64,000 bases of DNA from Candidatus Omnitrophota bacterium (GTDB lineage: Bacteria > Omnitrophota > Gorgyraeia > 2-01-FULL-45-10), in assembly GCA_028699255.1 (NCBI GenBank), contig JAQVUX010000004.1, positions 88,668-152,667 of the forward strand, in the 5' to 3' direction. Positions 46,988 through 56,252 of the stretch are shown piece after piece; the first letter of the stretch is position 1, and every line of letters begins with the position of its first letter. Under the pieces are notes generated by a model, which was not told the DNA's origin, searched no databases, and saw only the letters and a list, made by a program, of their open reading frames with translations. Made by a program: the position numbers and the translations under genes.

Positions 46988-48097
46988 TTGCATTTAATCG
47001 TAGTAATCATATCAGTCGCGGTATTGACAGCCGGATGCGCTACTCAGGCAACGCATTTCCGGCTCGACACTTCTTTGCAGAAGGATATAGCGATGCTGAG
47101 CGGGGCGGAGTATATATCACTCGCGAAACTGTGTGATTTCTATGGAATAGAATATAAATACGACACTTTTACCGGTCGCGCCGATGTCAGGAAGGGGCCG
47201 AATATAGTGGTCATAAGGACGGGCGGCTCCGGCGTACTTGTAAACGGTGAATTTGTGAAATCCGATAATCCTGTCATAATGCGCGATGGCGTGCTTTTTG
47301 TGCCGATGGCACTTGTAAAAAACAACATGGGCCCTGTGATGGGCCGTCCAGCCGTTGCTATTCTACCTAAGGAGGAGGCGGGCCCGAAGAGGTTTTTCAT
47401 AAAATCAATAGTGATAGATGCCGGCCATGGCGGCAAGGATCCGGGCGCTTTGGGCAGGCGTAGCCGTTTAAGAGAGAAGGATATGACCCTCCGGGCCGCA
47501 CGAAAGCTTAAATCACTGCTGGAAGACGCCGGTATCCGGGTAATCATGACAAGGGATAGTGATGTTTTTATACCGCTTGAGACGCGCTCATCCATCGCCA
47601 ATCGCAGTGGTGCTGATCTTTTTGTAAGCGTACACATAAATTCCTCGCGCGCGCGTTCAATGAGAGGTTTCGAGTGCTACTATCTTGCGAATACGACGGA
47701 CGATAATGCCCGGGCCCTCGAGGCTATGGAAAATTCTTCGCTACGCCTGGATAGCGCGGCTCTGGTCGAACATTCGCGCCGTTTGGATAAAGCGCTCTGG
47801 GATCTGACGCTGACCGAAAACAGAATAGAGTCGGCAGAGCTTGCCGGTTCGATATGCGATTCCATCGATTCCGGGCTTACGATGGGCAATCGCGGTGTGC
47901 GCACGGCGAGATTCTATGTGCTTAAGTTCACGCATATACCGGCGGTTCTGGTCGAGGCGGGTTATTTAAGCAATAAATATGAAGAATTGAAATTGAAGGA
48001 TCCCGATTTCTTAGACAGGGTTGCGGAATCCGTAGCGCAGGGCATATTGAGATATAAGCGGGAGTACGAAAGAACCCAGGGGTTTACGAGGATATAA
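46988..48097 (+). CDS. N-acetylmuramoyl-L-alanine amidase (AmiC-like; AMIN plus Amidase_3 domains)
   Basis: Lipobox LTAGC. IDAGHGGKDPGA zinc site. E and H ligands lie downstream. Confidence 0.8.
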   Translation: MHLIVVIISVAVLTAGCATQATHFRLDTSLQKDIAMLSGAEYISLAKLCDFYGIEYKYDTFTGRADVRKGPNIVVIRTGGSGVLVNGEFVKSDNPVIMRDGVLFVPMALVKNNMGPVMGRPAVAILPKEEAGPKRFFIKSIVIDAGHGGKDPGALGRRSRLREKDMTLRAARKLKSLLEDAGIRVIMTRDSDVFIPLETRSSIANRSGADLFVSVHINSSRARSMRGFECYYLANTTDDNARALEAMENSSLRLDSAALVEHSRRLDKALWDLTLTENRIESAELAGSICDSIDSGLTMGNRGVRTARFYVLKFTHIPAVLVEAGYLSNKYEELKLKDPDFLDRVAESVAQGILRYKREYERTQGFTRI

Positions 48098-48098
48098 T

Positions 48099-48896
48099 AT
48101 GAGTGATCAGAGGCCTATAGGAGTATTCGATTCCGGCGTCGGCGGGCTTACGGTAGTCGATAAGATGCGCGGGATACTTCCAGGTGAGAGTATCGTGTAT
48201 TTCGGCGATACCGCCAGGGTACCTTACGGCACAAAGTCGAAAGATACGGTTACGAAATTTTCGGTCGAGAATGTGGAATTTTTGATGAAGCATAACGTTA
48301 AGCTCATCATAGTCGCGTGTAATACCGCCTCGTCATTGAGCCTGGATTTTTTAAAGAGATGTTTTAAAGTTCCGATAATAGGAGTGATAGAACCCGGCGC
48401 CAGAGAAGCTGTGAGTGCCACCCGCAATAATCGCATAGGCGTTATCGGTACTCACGCGACAGTGTCTTCCGGAGCCTATGAAAAAGCGATAAAAAAAATG
48501 GGCAGTAAGTATGCGGTGGTTACTCAGGCGTGTCCGCTCTTCGTGCCTATTGTTGAGGAAGGGTGGGCCGGCAGGGACATAGCGGGCCAGGTGGCAGAGA
48601 TTTATCTCAAAACACTTAAATCGAAAAACGTAGATACGCTTATCATGGGCTGTACCCATTACCCCGTTTTAAAGAACATGCTCGCGAAGGTTATGGGTAA
48701 GCGTGTTGTCCTGGTCGATTCGGCAAGAGAGGTCGCCAGGGGCGCCAGGGATATACTGGATGCAAACGGTATGTTGAACTTATCGCGCTCCAGGGCCGAA
48801 TACAAATTCTTCGTGAGCGACGAGCCGAACAGATTCGTTAAGATCGGCGAGAGATTCTTAAAACAGCGTATAAAATGCGTAAAGAGGGCCGGTTAA
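48099..48896 (+). CDS. murI: Glutamate racemase
   Basis: IGVFDSGVGGLTV, CNTAS and GCTHYP catalytic Cys motifs. Confidence 0.85.
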   Translation: MSDQRPIGVFDSGVGGLTVVDKMRGILPGESIVYFGDTARVPYGTKSKDTVTKFSVENVEFLMKHNVKLIIVACNTASSLSLDFLKRCFKVPIIGVIEPGAREAVSATRNNRIGVIGTHATVSSGAYEKAIKKMGSKYAVVTQACPLFVPIVEEGWAGRDIAGQVAEIYLKTLKSKNVDTLIMGCTHYPVLKNMLAKVMGKRVVLVDSAREVARGARDILDANGMLNLSRSRAEYKFFVSDEPNRFVKIGERFLKQRIKCVKRAG

Positions 48897-48898
48897 AC

Positions 48899-49255
48899 AT
48901 GTTTGAAATAAAGGTTAAGACAGATTTCAGCGCGGCGCACAACCTGCGGAATTATAAAGGCAAGTGCGAAAATCTGCATGGCCATAACTGGACGGTCGAG
49001 GCGGTATTCCGGTATAAAGATGTGGATAAAAACGGACTTGCGGTTGATTTCAGGATCGCGAAGGACGCGTTGAAAGGCGTTGTCGAGTCGCTCGATCATT
49101 CGTATCTAAATGGGGCGAAGTTTTTCAAAAAGGCGAACCCGACCTCCGAAAATATCGCGAAGTTCATATATGACGGTTTGAAGAAAAACTTGGAGAGTAT
49201 TTATTCCGTAGCTGTGTGGGAGAATGAAAAGTCGTGCGCCGTGTATTCTGAGTAA
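48899..49255 (+). CDS. queD: 6-carboxy-5,6,7,8-tetrahydropterin synthase QueD
   Basis: CxxxHGH zinc motif (CENLHGHNW). Length about 118 aa. Confidence 0.8.
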   Translation: MFEIKVKTDFSAAHNLRNYKGKCENLHGHNWTVEAVFRYKDVDKNGLAVDFRIAKDALKGVVESLDHSYLNGAKFFKKANPTSENIAKFIYDGLKKNLESIYSVAVWENEKSCAVYSE

Positions 49256-49276
49256 GATACCGGGAAAGAAGAGACG

Positions 49277-49984
49277 ATGAGTGATGTAAAAGGCCAGATA
49301 ACCGAAATATTTTCATCGATACAGGGAGAAGGTATATTCCTGGGCGCGAAACAGATATTCGTCAGATTCAAGAAGTGTAATTTGAACTGCGTATTTTGTG
49401 ACGAAGCTAAGGGTTTGGCCTCGAAAGAATATGCCCCGCTGGAACTGCTTAAAGAAATCAAGGCTATCGATGTGGCCCGCGGACCGCATCACTCCGTGTC
49501 GCTTACCGGCGGCGAGCCTCTTCTATACTGGGATTTTCTGAAAGTTTTTCTGAGAATAGCGAAAAAGAACAGGCTATTCAAGGCGTATCTTGAGACGAAC
49601 GGAACCCTGCCGCACGAACTTTCGAAGATTATCGATCTGGTCGATATAGTGGCTATGGATTTCAAATTGCCGTCATCTACCGGCGAAAGAAGCTATTGGC
49701 ACGAGCATGCGGACTTCCTGAGGATAGCTTCCAAAAAGAATGTATTCGTAAAAGCGGTTGTTACCGCCAATACCGACAAGGAAGATATCGAGAAGGCGCT
49801 TCTTTTAATGAAGAAAGCGCGCAAGAATATACCTTTTATCCTTCAACCGGTATCTCCTGTAAAATCCGACGATAGACAGATAGGGCATGACAGGCTTATG
49901 GGATTTTTAGAGATAGGGTTAAGGAACGAGATCGAAACCATGAGGGTCATTCCGCAGATACACAAAATATTAAAGGTAAAATAA
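49277..49984 (+). CDS. queE: 7-carboxy-7-deazaguanine synthase QueE (radical SAM)
   Basis: CNLNCVFCDE cluster motif. Confidence 0.8.
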   Translation: MSDVKGQITEIFSSIQGEGIFLGAKQIFVRFKKCNLNCVFCDEAKGLASKEYAPLELLKEIKAIDVARGPHHSVSLTGGEPLLYWDFLKVFLRIAKKNRLFKAYLETNGTLPHELSKIIDLVDIVAMDFKLPSSTGERSYWHEHADFLRIASKKNVFVKAVVTANTDKEDIEKALLLMKKARKNIPFILQPVSPVKSDDRQIGHDRLMGFLEIGLRNEIETMRVIPQIHKILKVK

Positions 49985-49988
49985 TCAT

Positions 49989-50378
49989 ATGAAAAGATCG
50001 CCATACGAAGGATTGCAAAACAAGGTTCGTGTCATGAAGACGCCGGTGATAGAGACATGGCAGAATCGTTATTCCGACAGGGATTATATTATAAGGATCG
50101 ACATTCCGGAGTTTACATGCATATGCCCAAAGACGGGATTGCCGGACTTTGCGTCGATCGTTATTAAATATATACCCGACCAGGCATGCATAGAATTAAA
50201 ATCGTTCAAATACTATACTATATTTTACCGCGATGTAGGTATATTCAATGAGCACGTTGTGAATAAAATGCTCGACGATCTGGTTAAGGCGTGCCGACCC
50301 AGGTGGATGGAGATTGCCGGTGAGTTTAACGCGCGCGGCGGGATCAAGACGACGGTGAGCGCGGAGTATAAAGGGTAG
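49989..50378 (+). CDS. queF: NADPH-dependent 7-cyano-7-deazaguanine reductase QueF (YkvM type)
   Basis: E(F/Y)..ICPKTGLPDF catalytic Cys motif. ELKS.K.Y motif. Confidence 0.85.
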   Translation: MKRSPYEGLQNKVRVMKTPVIETWQNRYSDRDYIIRIDIPEFTCICPKTGLPDFASIVIKYIPDQACIELKSFKYYTIFYRDVGIFNEHVVNKMLDDLVKACRPRWMEIAGEFNARGGIKTTVSAEYKG

Positions 50379-50411
50379 TATAAAAAGAGCGCAAGCGCCG
50401 GACGGGATAGC

Positions 50412-51254
50412 ATGAGAGAGATAAATGTTTCTAAAATAAAAGATGCAGTTGCTGAGCTTTGCCTTAAGGCGAACTTTGAACTCCGGCGGGATGTATTAAA
50501 ATCTCTCAAGACGGCCGTAGCGAAAGAAAAGAACCCCAGGGCTAAGAATATATTGAAGGCTATCATAGATAACGCCCGCCTTGCCAGGACGAAACGGATT
50601 GCGATCTGCCAGGACACAGGCATGGTTATAGTTCATCTTGAGATCGGACAGAATGTGGCTCTGCGCGGCGGAGCGCTCAAGGGCGCCGTCAACGCGGGCG
50701 TCGCGGAGGCTTATCGTAAAGGTTACTTGCGGAAGTCGATCGTCTCCGGCGCGTTATTTCGCGAGAATACAAAGACCAACACTCCCGCTGTTATATATGT
50801 CGATATCGTCGACGGCAACAATGTAAAAATAAGCGTTTCCCCTAAAGGTTTTGGCAGTGAAAATAAGAGCGCTATAAAGATGTTCAAGCCTACCGATTCG
50901 GCCGATGAGATAAAAGAATTTGTCATCGATGTTGTGAAGAAAGCCGGCCCCGATGCCTGCCCGCCGATGGTTTTGGGTATAGGCATGGGCGGCACTTTTG
51001 AAAGATGCGCCTACTTGGCGAAGAAAGCGCTTCTGCGTCCGGTTGGCAAGCGTAGCCGGCAGAGGCATATCGCGCGGCTTGAAACAGAACTGGAGCGCGC
51101 GATCAATTCGCTCGGGATTGGCCCCATGGGGCTCGGCGGTAAAACTACGGTTCTCGGCGTGAATGTGCTCGAAGAGCCAACGCATATAGCGGGACTACCG
51201 GTCGCGGTTAATGTCAGTTGTCACGCGACGAGAAGCGCGGAGAAAACTTTGTGA
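50412..51254 (+). CDS. Class I fumarate hydratase (Fe-S), alpha subunit / N-terminal domain
   Basis: CQDTGM motif and a Cys ligand set for the Fe-S cluster. Confidence 0.8.
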   Translation: MREINVSKIKDAVAELCLKANFELRRDVLKSLKTAVAKEKNPRAKNILKAIIDNARLARTKRIAICQDTGMVIVHLEIGQNVALRGGALKGAVNAGVAEAYRKGYLRKSIVSGALFRENTKTNTPAVIYVDIVDGNNVKISVSPKGFGSENKSAIKMFKPTDSADEIKEFVIDVVKKAGPDACPPMVLGIGMGGTFERCAYLAKKALLRPVGKRSRQRHIARLETELERAINSLGIGPMGLGGKTTVLGVNVLEEPTHIAGLPVAVNVSCHATRSAEKTL

Positions 51255-51799
51255 AGCCGGTTAAGATAAAGACGCCGTTGACAAAACAAGCGGTTGCTTT
51301 TCTCAGGGCAGGCGACGAGGTTCTTTTAAGCGGGACGATATTTACGGCAAGGGATATAGCTCACAAACGATTGCATGACATGATCGCGAAAGGCCATCCC
51401 ATTCCGCTGAAATTAACGGATGCGGTGATATATTACGCGGGCCCTGCGCCGGCGCGTCCCGGACGGGCTATCGGATCATGCGGGCCGACGACCTCCTCGC
51501 GCATGGATTCTTTTACACCGGAACTTTTGCGCTTAGGCCTTGGCGGCATGATAGGAAAAGGCGGCAGATCTCCGGAGGTAAGAGCGGCGATAAAAAAATA
51601 CAGACGTATATATTTTATCGCCATAGGAGGCATAGGGGCCCTGCTTGCGGAGAGAGTAATATCGGCGAAGCCCGTGCTCTTCAGCGACCTCGGCCCGGAG
51701 GCGATTTATAAAATGGAGGTCGTGGATTTTCCAATTATTGTAGGAATAGACTCGAAAGGAAACGATATATATGACCAGGCCCGACGGAAGAAAAAGTAA
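51251..51799 (+). CDS. Class I fumarate hydratase beta subunit / C-terminal domain
   Basis: GTG start overlapping the alpha subunit stop. GD.V.LSG.IFTARD.AH and GKGGR motifs. Confidence 0.7.
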   Translation: MKPVKIKTPLTKQAVAFLRAGDEVLLSGTIFTARDIAHKRLHDMIAKGHPIPLKLTDAVIYYAGPAPARPGRAIGSCGPTTSSRMDSFTPELLRLGLGGMIGKGGRSPEVRAAIKKYRRIYFIAIGGIGALLAERVISAKPVLFSDLGPEAIYKMEVVDFPIIVGIDSKGNDIYDQARRKKK

Positions 51800-52514
51800 C
51801 GAATTACGGCATCTCAAGATAACCAAGGATTACATAAAATACGCGGAAGGTTCGTGCTTGATAGAACTCGGTGACACCAAAGTCATAACGACCGCGACGA
51901 TAGAAAACACCGTTCCGTCTTTCCTGAAAGGCAAGGGCACCGGATGGATAACCGCCGAATACGGCATGATACCGCGTTCCTGCAGAACCCGTGTTCAAAG
52001 GGAGGCGGCGAAGGGTAAGCTGGGCGGCAGGACCATGGAGATACAGCGCCTTATAGGCCGTTCGATGAGATCCGTGGCCGACATGGCGAAGATAGGCGAG
52101 AGGACGCTTTGGATCGACTGCGACGTCATACAGGCCGACGGCGGCACCAGATGCGCCAGCATAACCGGCAGTTTTATTTCGGTCATTCTTGCCCTCGAGA
52201 AGATGCGCGCTCAGAATCTCATTAAAGAGATACCGGTTTCCGACTATGTCGCGGCCATTAGCGTAGGAATGATGGACGGTAAACCGATCCTCGACCTGAA
52301 TTATGATGAGGACTCGAACGCGGATGTCGATATGAATATCATTATGACCGGCGACGGTAAATTTATTGAAATACAGGGTACCGCCGAGAAGGAGCCATTC
52401 AGTAAAGAGGATATGAATAAGCTTTTAGCGTTGGCGAAGGAAGGGGTAGATGATCTCATCGCGGCGCAGAAGAAAGTTTTAAAGGGGATTATAGGCAAAT
52501 GCGAGAAATTGTAA
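51771..52514 (+). CDS. rph: Ribonuclease PH
   Basis: MTRPDGRK...LR N-terminus. TAEYGM.P.S motif. Confidence 0.85.
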   Translation: MTRPDGRKSNELRHLKITKDYIKYAEGSCLIELGDTKVITTATIENTVPSFLKGKGTGWITAEYGMIPRSCRTRVQREAAKGKLGGRTMEIQRLIGRSMRSVADMAKIGERTLWIDCDVIQADGGTRCASITGSFISVILALEKMRAQNLIKEIPVSDYVAAISVGMMDGKPILDLNYDEDSNADVDMNIIMTGDGKFIEIQGTAEKEPFSKEDMNKLLALAKEGVDDLIAAQKKVLKGIIGKCEKL

Positions 52515-53092
52515 TAGCGACCAAAAATGAAAAGAAGCTCCATGAATTAAAGCGTTATCTCAAAGGCGTAGACGCGAAAGTGGTTTCACTCAAAAATTTT
52601 ACGCACGTACCGCGCATAGTCGAGAACGGCGTGACATTTAAAGCGAATGCCGTAAAGAAGGCGCTCGTCATATCGCGTTTTACGAAAGGGCTCGTAATAG
52701 CGGATGATTCCGGCTTGGCGGTCAATGCGCTCGGTGGACGGCCGGGTGTGCGATCGTCGAGATTTGCCGGGCCACGGAAGAGCGATAAGCAGAATAACAA
52801 AAAATTGCTGGAAATTTTGAAGAAGACTCCGCCCGAAAAAAGGCAGGCGCGGTTTGTTTGCGCCGCGGCAATATGCGATAACAACAAGGTGCTTAAAGTC
52901 ATCGAGGAGTCGTGCGCCGGCGTTATAGCGTTCTCCGAAAAGGGCGGATACGGATTTGGATATGATTCGCTATTTCTGATACCAAAATATAAAAAGACCT
53001 TCGGTGAGCTTGGATTAAAAGTAAAAGATAAAATGAGCCACAGGTCTAAGGCGCTCAAAAAGGTTCGCGAGTTTTTAAAAAAGTACTTGTAG
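52499..53092 (+). CDS. rdgB: dITP/XTP pyrophosphatase (Ham1/RdgB family)
   Basis: IVIATKN.KK N-terminus. GFGYDS.F motif. Confidence 0.8.
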   Translation: MREIVIATKNEKKLHELKRYLKGVDAKVVSLKNFTHVPRIVENGVTFKANAVKKALVISRFTKGLVIADDSGLAVNALGGRPGVRSSRFAGPRKSDKQNNKKLLEILKKTPPEKRQARFVCAAAICDNNKVLKVIEESCAGVIAFSEKGGYGFGYDSLFLIPKYKKTFGELGLKVKDKMSHRSKALKKVREFLKKYL

Positions 53093-53103
53093 TATGATAT
53101 AAT

Positions 53104-53176
53104 CGGGGCGTAGCGCATCCCGCCCGGAAGCTGACAGGGGGCGGGACCCCGCCTTGAGTAAAACAGATGGCGGGGG
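53104..53176 (+). repeat. Pseudo-leader module X1: first 14 nt of tRNA-Pro fused to a conserved double GC-clamp hairpin core
   Basis: CGGGGCGTAGCGCA is followed by TCCCGCCCGGAAGCTGACAGGGGGCGGGACCCCGCCTTGAGTAAAACAGATGGCGGGG. A TATAAT-like sequence lies immediately upstream. Confidence 0.75.
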
Positions 53177-53216
53177 CTGGCTAATAACCGGTAGTCGTGT
53201 AGATATTTGTAATTTT

Positions 53217-53293
53217 CGGGGCGTAGCGCAGCTGGCTAGCGCGCTTGGTTTGGGACCAAGAAGTCGACAGTTCGAATCTGTCCGCCCCGACCA
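53217..53293 (+). tRNA. tRNA-Pro(UGG), CCA encoded
   Basis: Acceptor CGGGGCG/CGCCCCG, anticodon loop TTTGGGA, T-arm GACAG-TTCGAAT-CTGTC. Confidence 0.9.
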
Positions 53294-53336
53294 CTGACTT
53301 TGCCGTTGTTCTCTTAGGGCATATTTTATTTTTACG

Positions 53337-53520
53337 CGTCCCTGTAGCTTCCCGCCCGGAAGCTGACAGGGGGCGGGACCCCGCCTTGAGTAAAACAGAT
53401 GGCGGGGCAGTTGGATATTGATTAACAACGTCCCTGTAGCTTCCCGCCCGGAAGCTGACAGGGGGCGGGACCCCGCCTTGAGTAAAACAGATGGCGGGGC
53501 AGTTGGATATTGATTAACAA
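53337..53520 (+). repeat. Two identical 92-bp pseudo-leader modules X2/X3: first 14 nt of tRNA-Arg, the same double-hairpin core, and a 21-nt spacer
   Basis: The units at 53337-53428 and 53429-53520 are identical. Each begins CGTCCCTGTAGCT as the real tRNA does at 53521. Confidence 0.8.
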
Positions 53521-53521
53521 C

Positions 53522-53893
53522 GTCCCTGTAGCTCAGTTGGATAGAGCATCTGCCTTCAATAGGAGCGTCTATGCGGAATATGAACGCATAGAATGAATGC
53601 AGCTATATGCAAGGAACCCCTGTCATACACAGGGCAATTTGCAGGCAACCAAGCGAGCTACAGATAAATCGGTCCATGGGAAGGAGGTGAAGATTGCAAC
53701 ATTAATAACCAAAATCTTCACGTTAAATGGGCCGACGATTATCTGAAGCTCGAATGGGAGTCCTCAGAGACTATACGCTGCACACCTGAAATGGTGAAGA
53801 CATAGTCCAGACCGCAACGTAACAACGGCCGGAGTAATCCGGTGCGGTAAGCTAAGCAGAGGGTCGCCTGTTCGAATCAGGCCAGGGACGCCA
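53522..53893 (+). tRNA. tRNA-Arg(UCU) interrupted by a group I intron; exons 53522-53556 and 53852-53893, CCA encoded
   Basis: The exons give acceptor GTCCCTG/CAGGGAC and G73. The D-arm GCTC-AGTTGGATA-GAGC is identical to that of E. coli argU. The anticodon stem is TCTGC/GCAGA, the loop is CUU|CUAA, and the T-arm is GCCTG-TTCGAAT-CAGGC. Confidence 0.7.
53557..53851 (+). ncRNA. Group I intron in the tRNA-Arg anticodon loop, 295 nt, no ORF
   Basis: Follows a U and ends in G. It contains R-like CAGAGACTA, S-like GACATAGTCC and a P9-like CCGGAGTAATCCGG hairpin. It resembles the tRNA-Asn intron. Confidence 0.65.
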
Positions 53894-54040
53894 TCCGCCT
53901 TCGCATTCAAGGCGTAAAAGAGAGAATGCTTCGGCGGATTTTTATCCGCCATAGCCAGCATGTCGTAAAAGGCAGAAGGCGACGGCGGATGAGCCCGCCG
54001 AAGCACCTTATCTATTAAGCGTTGATTGCGAAGGCGGGCC
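53894..54040. mobile_element. MITE-like element with ~20-bp terminal inverted repeats (CCGCCTTCGCATTCAAGGCG ... GCGTTGATTGCGAAGGCGGG) and internal hairpins
   Basis: Inserted directly after the CCA of tRNA-Arg. A solo TIR-like copy is at 46534-46555. Confidence 0.5.
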
Positions 54041-54053
54041 ATTAAACTCCAAT

Positions 54054-54299
54054 ATGCACTACGTCTATATACTAAAAAGCCTCAAAACCAAAGATAAGCT
54101 CTATGTCGGATTAACCGGCAATCTTGAGCGTCGCCTTAAAGAACACGACGAGACATCAAGCGATCATTACACATATCGCCATCGTCCATGGAAACTCGAA
54201 ACATATATTTCATTTCAAAGTAATTTGGCTGCTAAGAAATTCGAGGCTTATTTAAAAACAGGTTCAGGCAGGGCATTCATTAGGCGGCACCTTATTTAG
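54054..54299 (+). CDS. GIY-YIG nuclease superfamily protein (UPF0213/YhbQ-like)
   Basis: YVYILKS...LYVGLTGNLERRLKEH GIY-YIG core. 81 aa. Confidence 0.8.
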   Translation: MHYVYILKSLKTKDKLYVGLTGNLERRLKEHDETSSDHYTYRHRPWKLETYISFQSNLAAKKFEAYLKTGSGRAFIRRHLI

Positions 54300-54391
54300 T
54301 TGTTCGCTATCAGTTAACCGATTTCTCTATTTCCAATCTCTTCTAAATATCCTGCCAAAATCTCTTCTTAATCCCTCTCTTTATCTCTGGT

Positions 54392-55015
54392 TTACTTTTC
54401 GGGTGGTTTAGTCGTAAAATCAGGTTTTTTGGCGTCTTTATCAATCCTTCTTAATATAACTTCTCTTGAAACCACAAAATCCCGGGCTAATAATTCAACG
54501 ACCCTATCCATGATAACATCATCATTTTTGATGCCCAAAGCCCTGATCTGCTTTGAATGATATTTTAACCTCTTTTCCAGATGATGGCTTGGCACCAGGA
54601 CTAATCCGGCAAATTGATTCGCCTGCCATTCAAGCCATGACCATTCATCTTCCGGAAAAGTCTCCATAAAATCCTTCCAATCTCCGGTCGTATTGAATCC
54701 GCGATGCTTGTAAACAGCCTCGTGCATAATAGCATGGCCTACCTCATGGGCTAGAGTAAAGCGATATCGGCCTTGTCTATGCTTATATACGTATTCATCT
54801 ATGGAGATATTCGACAAATCTGAGGATATGAAACCGTCGATTTCTATTATTTCGTGAAGTCCGGGGATCGGAATGATATCAATGTTGAGCTTAAGCTCTA
54901 TGATCTCTTCGATCGGAGTGGGGAAGGCATCCCTTGGATGGTATTTGTGCAGGAAATCCGAAGCTATCTTCTTTATGTGGTCGTAGTTTTTGTAAGGAAC
55001 AAATACATCTGACAT
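54392..55015 (-). CDS. ImmA/IrrE family metallopeptidase (COG2856)
   Basis: HEVGHAIMH HExxH motif. Paired with an upstream XRE regulator. Confidence 0.75.
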   Translation of the reverse strand: MSDVFVPYKNYDHIKKIASDFLHKYHPRDAFPTPIEEIIELKLNIDIIPIPGLHEIIEIDGFISSDLSNISIDEYVYKHRQGRYRFTLAHEVGHAIMHEAVYKHRGFNTTGDWKDFMETFPEDEWSWLEWQANQFAGLVLVPSHHLEKRLKYHSKQIRALGIKNDDVIMDRVVELLARDFVVSREVILRRIDKDAKKPDFTTKPPEK

Positions 55016-55018
55016 TCT

Positions 55019-55387
55019 TTACGATTCCTTGATCAATTTTATCAACTTATCGAGCTTCTCTTTCGAGATCTTTTTACCCCTGATGGTGCGGAATAAAAAT
55101 GGCATTCTCGCGACGATCTCTTTTTCCCTAAGCTCCTTTGGCAGCCGGCCTGATTCCGCGGCCGCAAGGTCAAAGAATTCATACCACTCGTTCGACGCCT
55201 CTTTCAGTTTGAGATAATGAGCGTATTTCTTCAATATCTCATCTTTTGGCGGCGGCAACACGCCTCTTTCAATCTTACTTAAATTTCCAGGATCCATGCT
55301 GTGTTTCTCGCAGAATTGGCGCAGCGTCATGCTCAGCTTTATTCTTCTATCTTTAAAATACGAGCCGAATGTTTTACGTCCGTCCAT
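55019..55387 (-). CDS. XRE-family helix-turn-helix transcriptional regulator
   Basis: LSMTLRQFCEKHSMDPGNLSKIERG HTH. Confidence 0.7.
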   Translation of the reverse strand: MDGRKTFGSYFKDRRIKLSMTLRQFCEKHSMDPGNLSKIERGVLPPPKDEILKKYAHYLKLKEASNEWYEFFDLAAAESGRLPKELREKEIVARMPFLFRTIRGKKISKEKLDKLIKLIKES

Positions 55388-55492
55388 TTTAGTCGCCCCC
55401 CTCCTTGTCTATTATAAGTATACCATGTAGTAATAAAATTACAACACTTAAATGCAAAATATTTATTTTCTAACATTGGGAAGGGTGATGGG

Positions 55493-55867
55493 TTAATGCG
55501 CTAGCTTATTCCAAGCCTCGAGTTGCTTCTGCCAGTAGATTTCTTTGGCTATGCCGCGGATTTTACGCTCTGTAACCTTACGGATTTTGTCGGTGTTTAG
55601 CAATAATATCTCCTTCTGTATTCTAGGACACAGGAGGAGCAGGCTTGTTATCTGTTTTATCCTCGTATAAGTTATACCAAGCCATTCGGCGATTTGGCTC
55701 AGATCCTTTGCCTTCTCTTCACAAAGCGCTCCTTCTATTTGATTAGATAGCACCAGATATTGTCGTAGCTTCGGCTCGTTTGCTATCTTGGCCATATGAT
55801 ATCGATAAGACTTATGCCTTACGGGCTTTATATCAACTTTGAATTCATATTTTAGATTCGTATTCAT
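55493..55867 (-). CDS. Hypothetical protein with possible HTH
   Basis: LSQIAEWLGITYTRIKQI segment. No other motif recognised. Confidence 0.3.
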   Translation of the reverse strand: MNTNLKYEFKVDIKPVRHKSYRYHMAKIANEPKLRQYLVLSNQIEGALCEEKAKDLSQIAEWLGITYTRIKQITSLLLLCPRIQKEILLLNTDKIRKVTERKIRGIAKEIYWQKQLEAWNKLAH

Positions 55868-56252
55868 AAAATCTATAATTATTTAAGACCATATCCAGCT
55901 TACCAGTCGTTCCGTCGTATTTTACTTCTTTAACCATGCGTTTTAATGCCTCATGTTTTAACTGTGGGAATAGCGCATCCCAGATGGCGAGAATTTCTGT
56001 CAGTTCTTTTTGTGGCATCTTGCCAAGGCAATCTATTACAGAGTCCTCTATAGCCTGTGCATTTACCGATTTGGTAGGGCACGAATTTGAGCCTTGTTTT
56101 TGAACACTTTGGCAGACATAATATCTGTATTTATATTTACCTCGCATCGCATAGGTATGGAACATTGCTTTGCCACAGGCCTTACAACGCAAGATATCGC
56201 TGAGTGGGGCTGTATTTCTCGAATAACCAGCCTTCTCGCGTGTTACGCGCAT
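55845..56252 (-). pseudogene. C-terminal fragment of a large serine recombinase (zinc-ribbon/coiled-coil region only)
   Basis: CxxCG...YYxC...C recombinase zinc beta-ribbon. No resolvase catalytic domain is encoded upstream. Confidence 0.55.

Noticed and set aside
54054-54299. GIY-YIG gene as homing endonuclease of the tRNA-Arg intron
   Set aside because: It lies outside the intron, is only 81 aa, and matches the housekeeping YhbQ/UPF0213 GIY-YIG family rather than intron-encoded endonucleases.
55845-56252. Intact integrase
   Set aside because: Only the C-terminal zinc-ribbon region of a large serine recombinase is present. No catalytic Ser-resolvase domain exists between it and the kdp leader.
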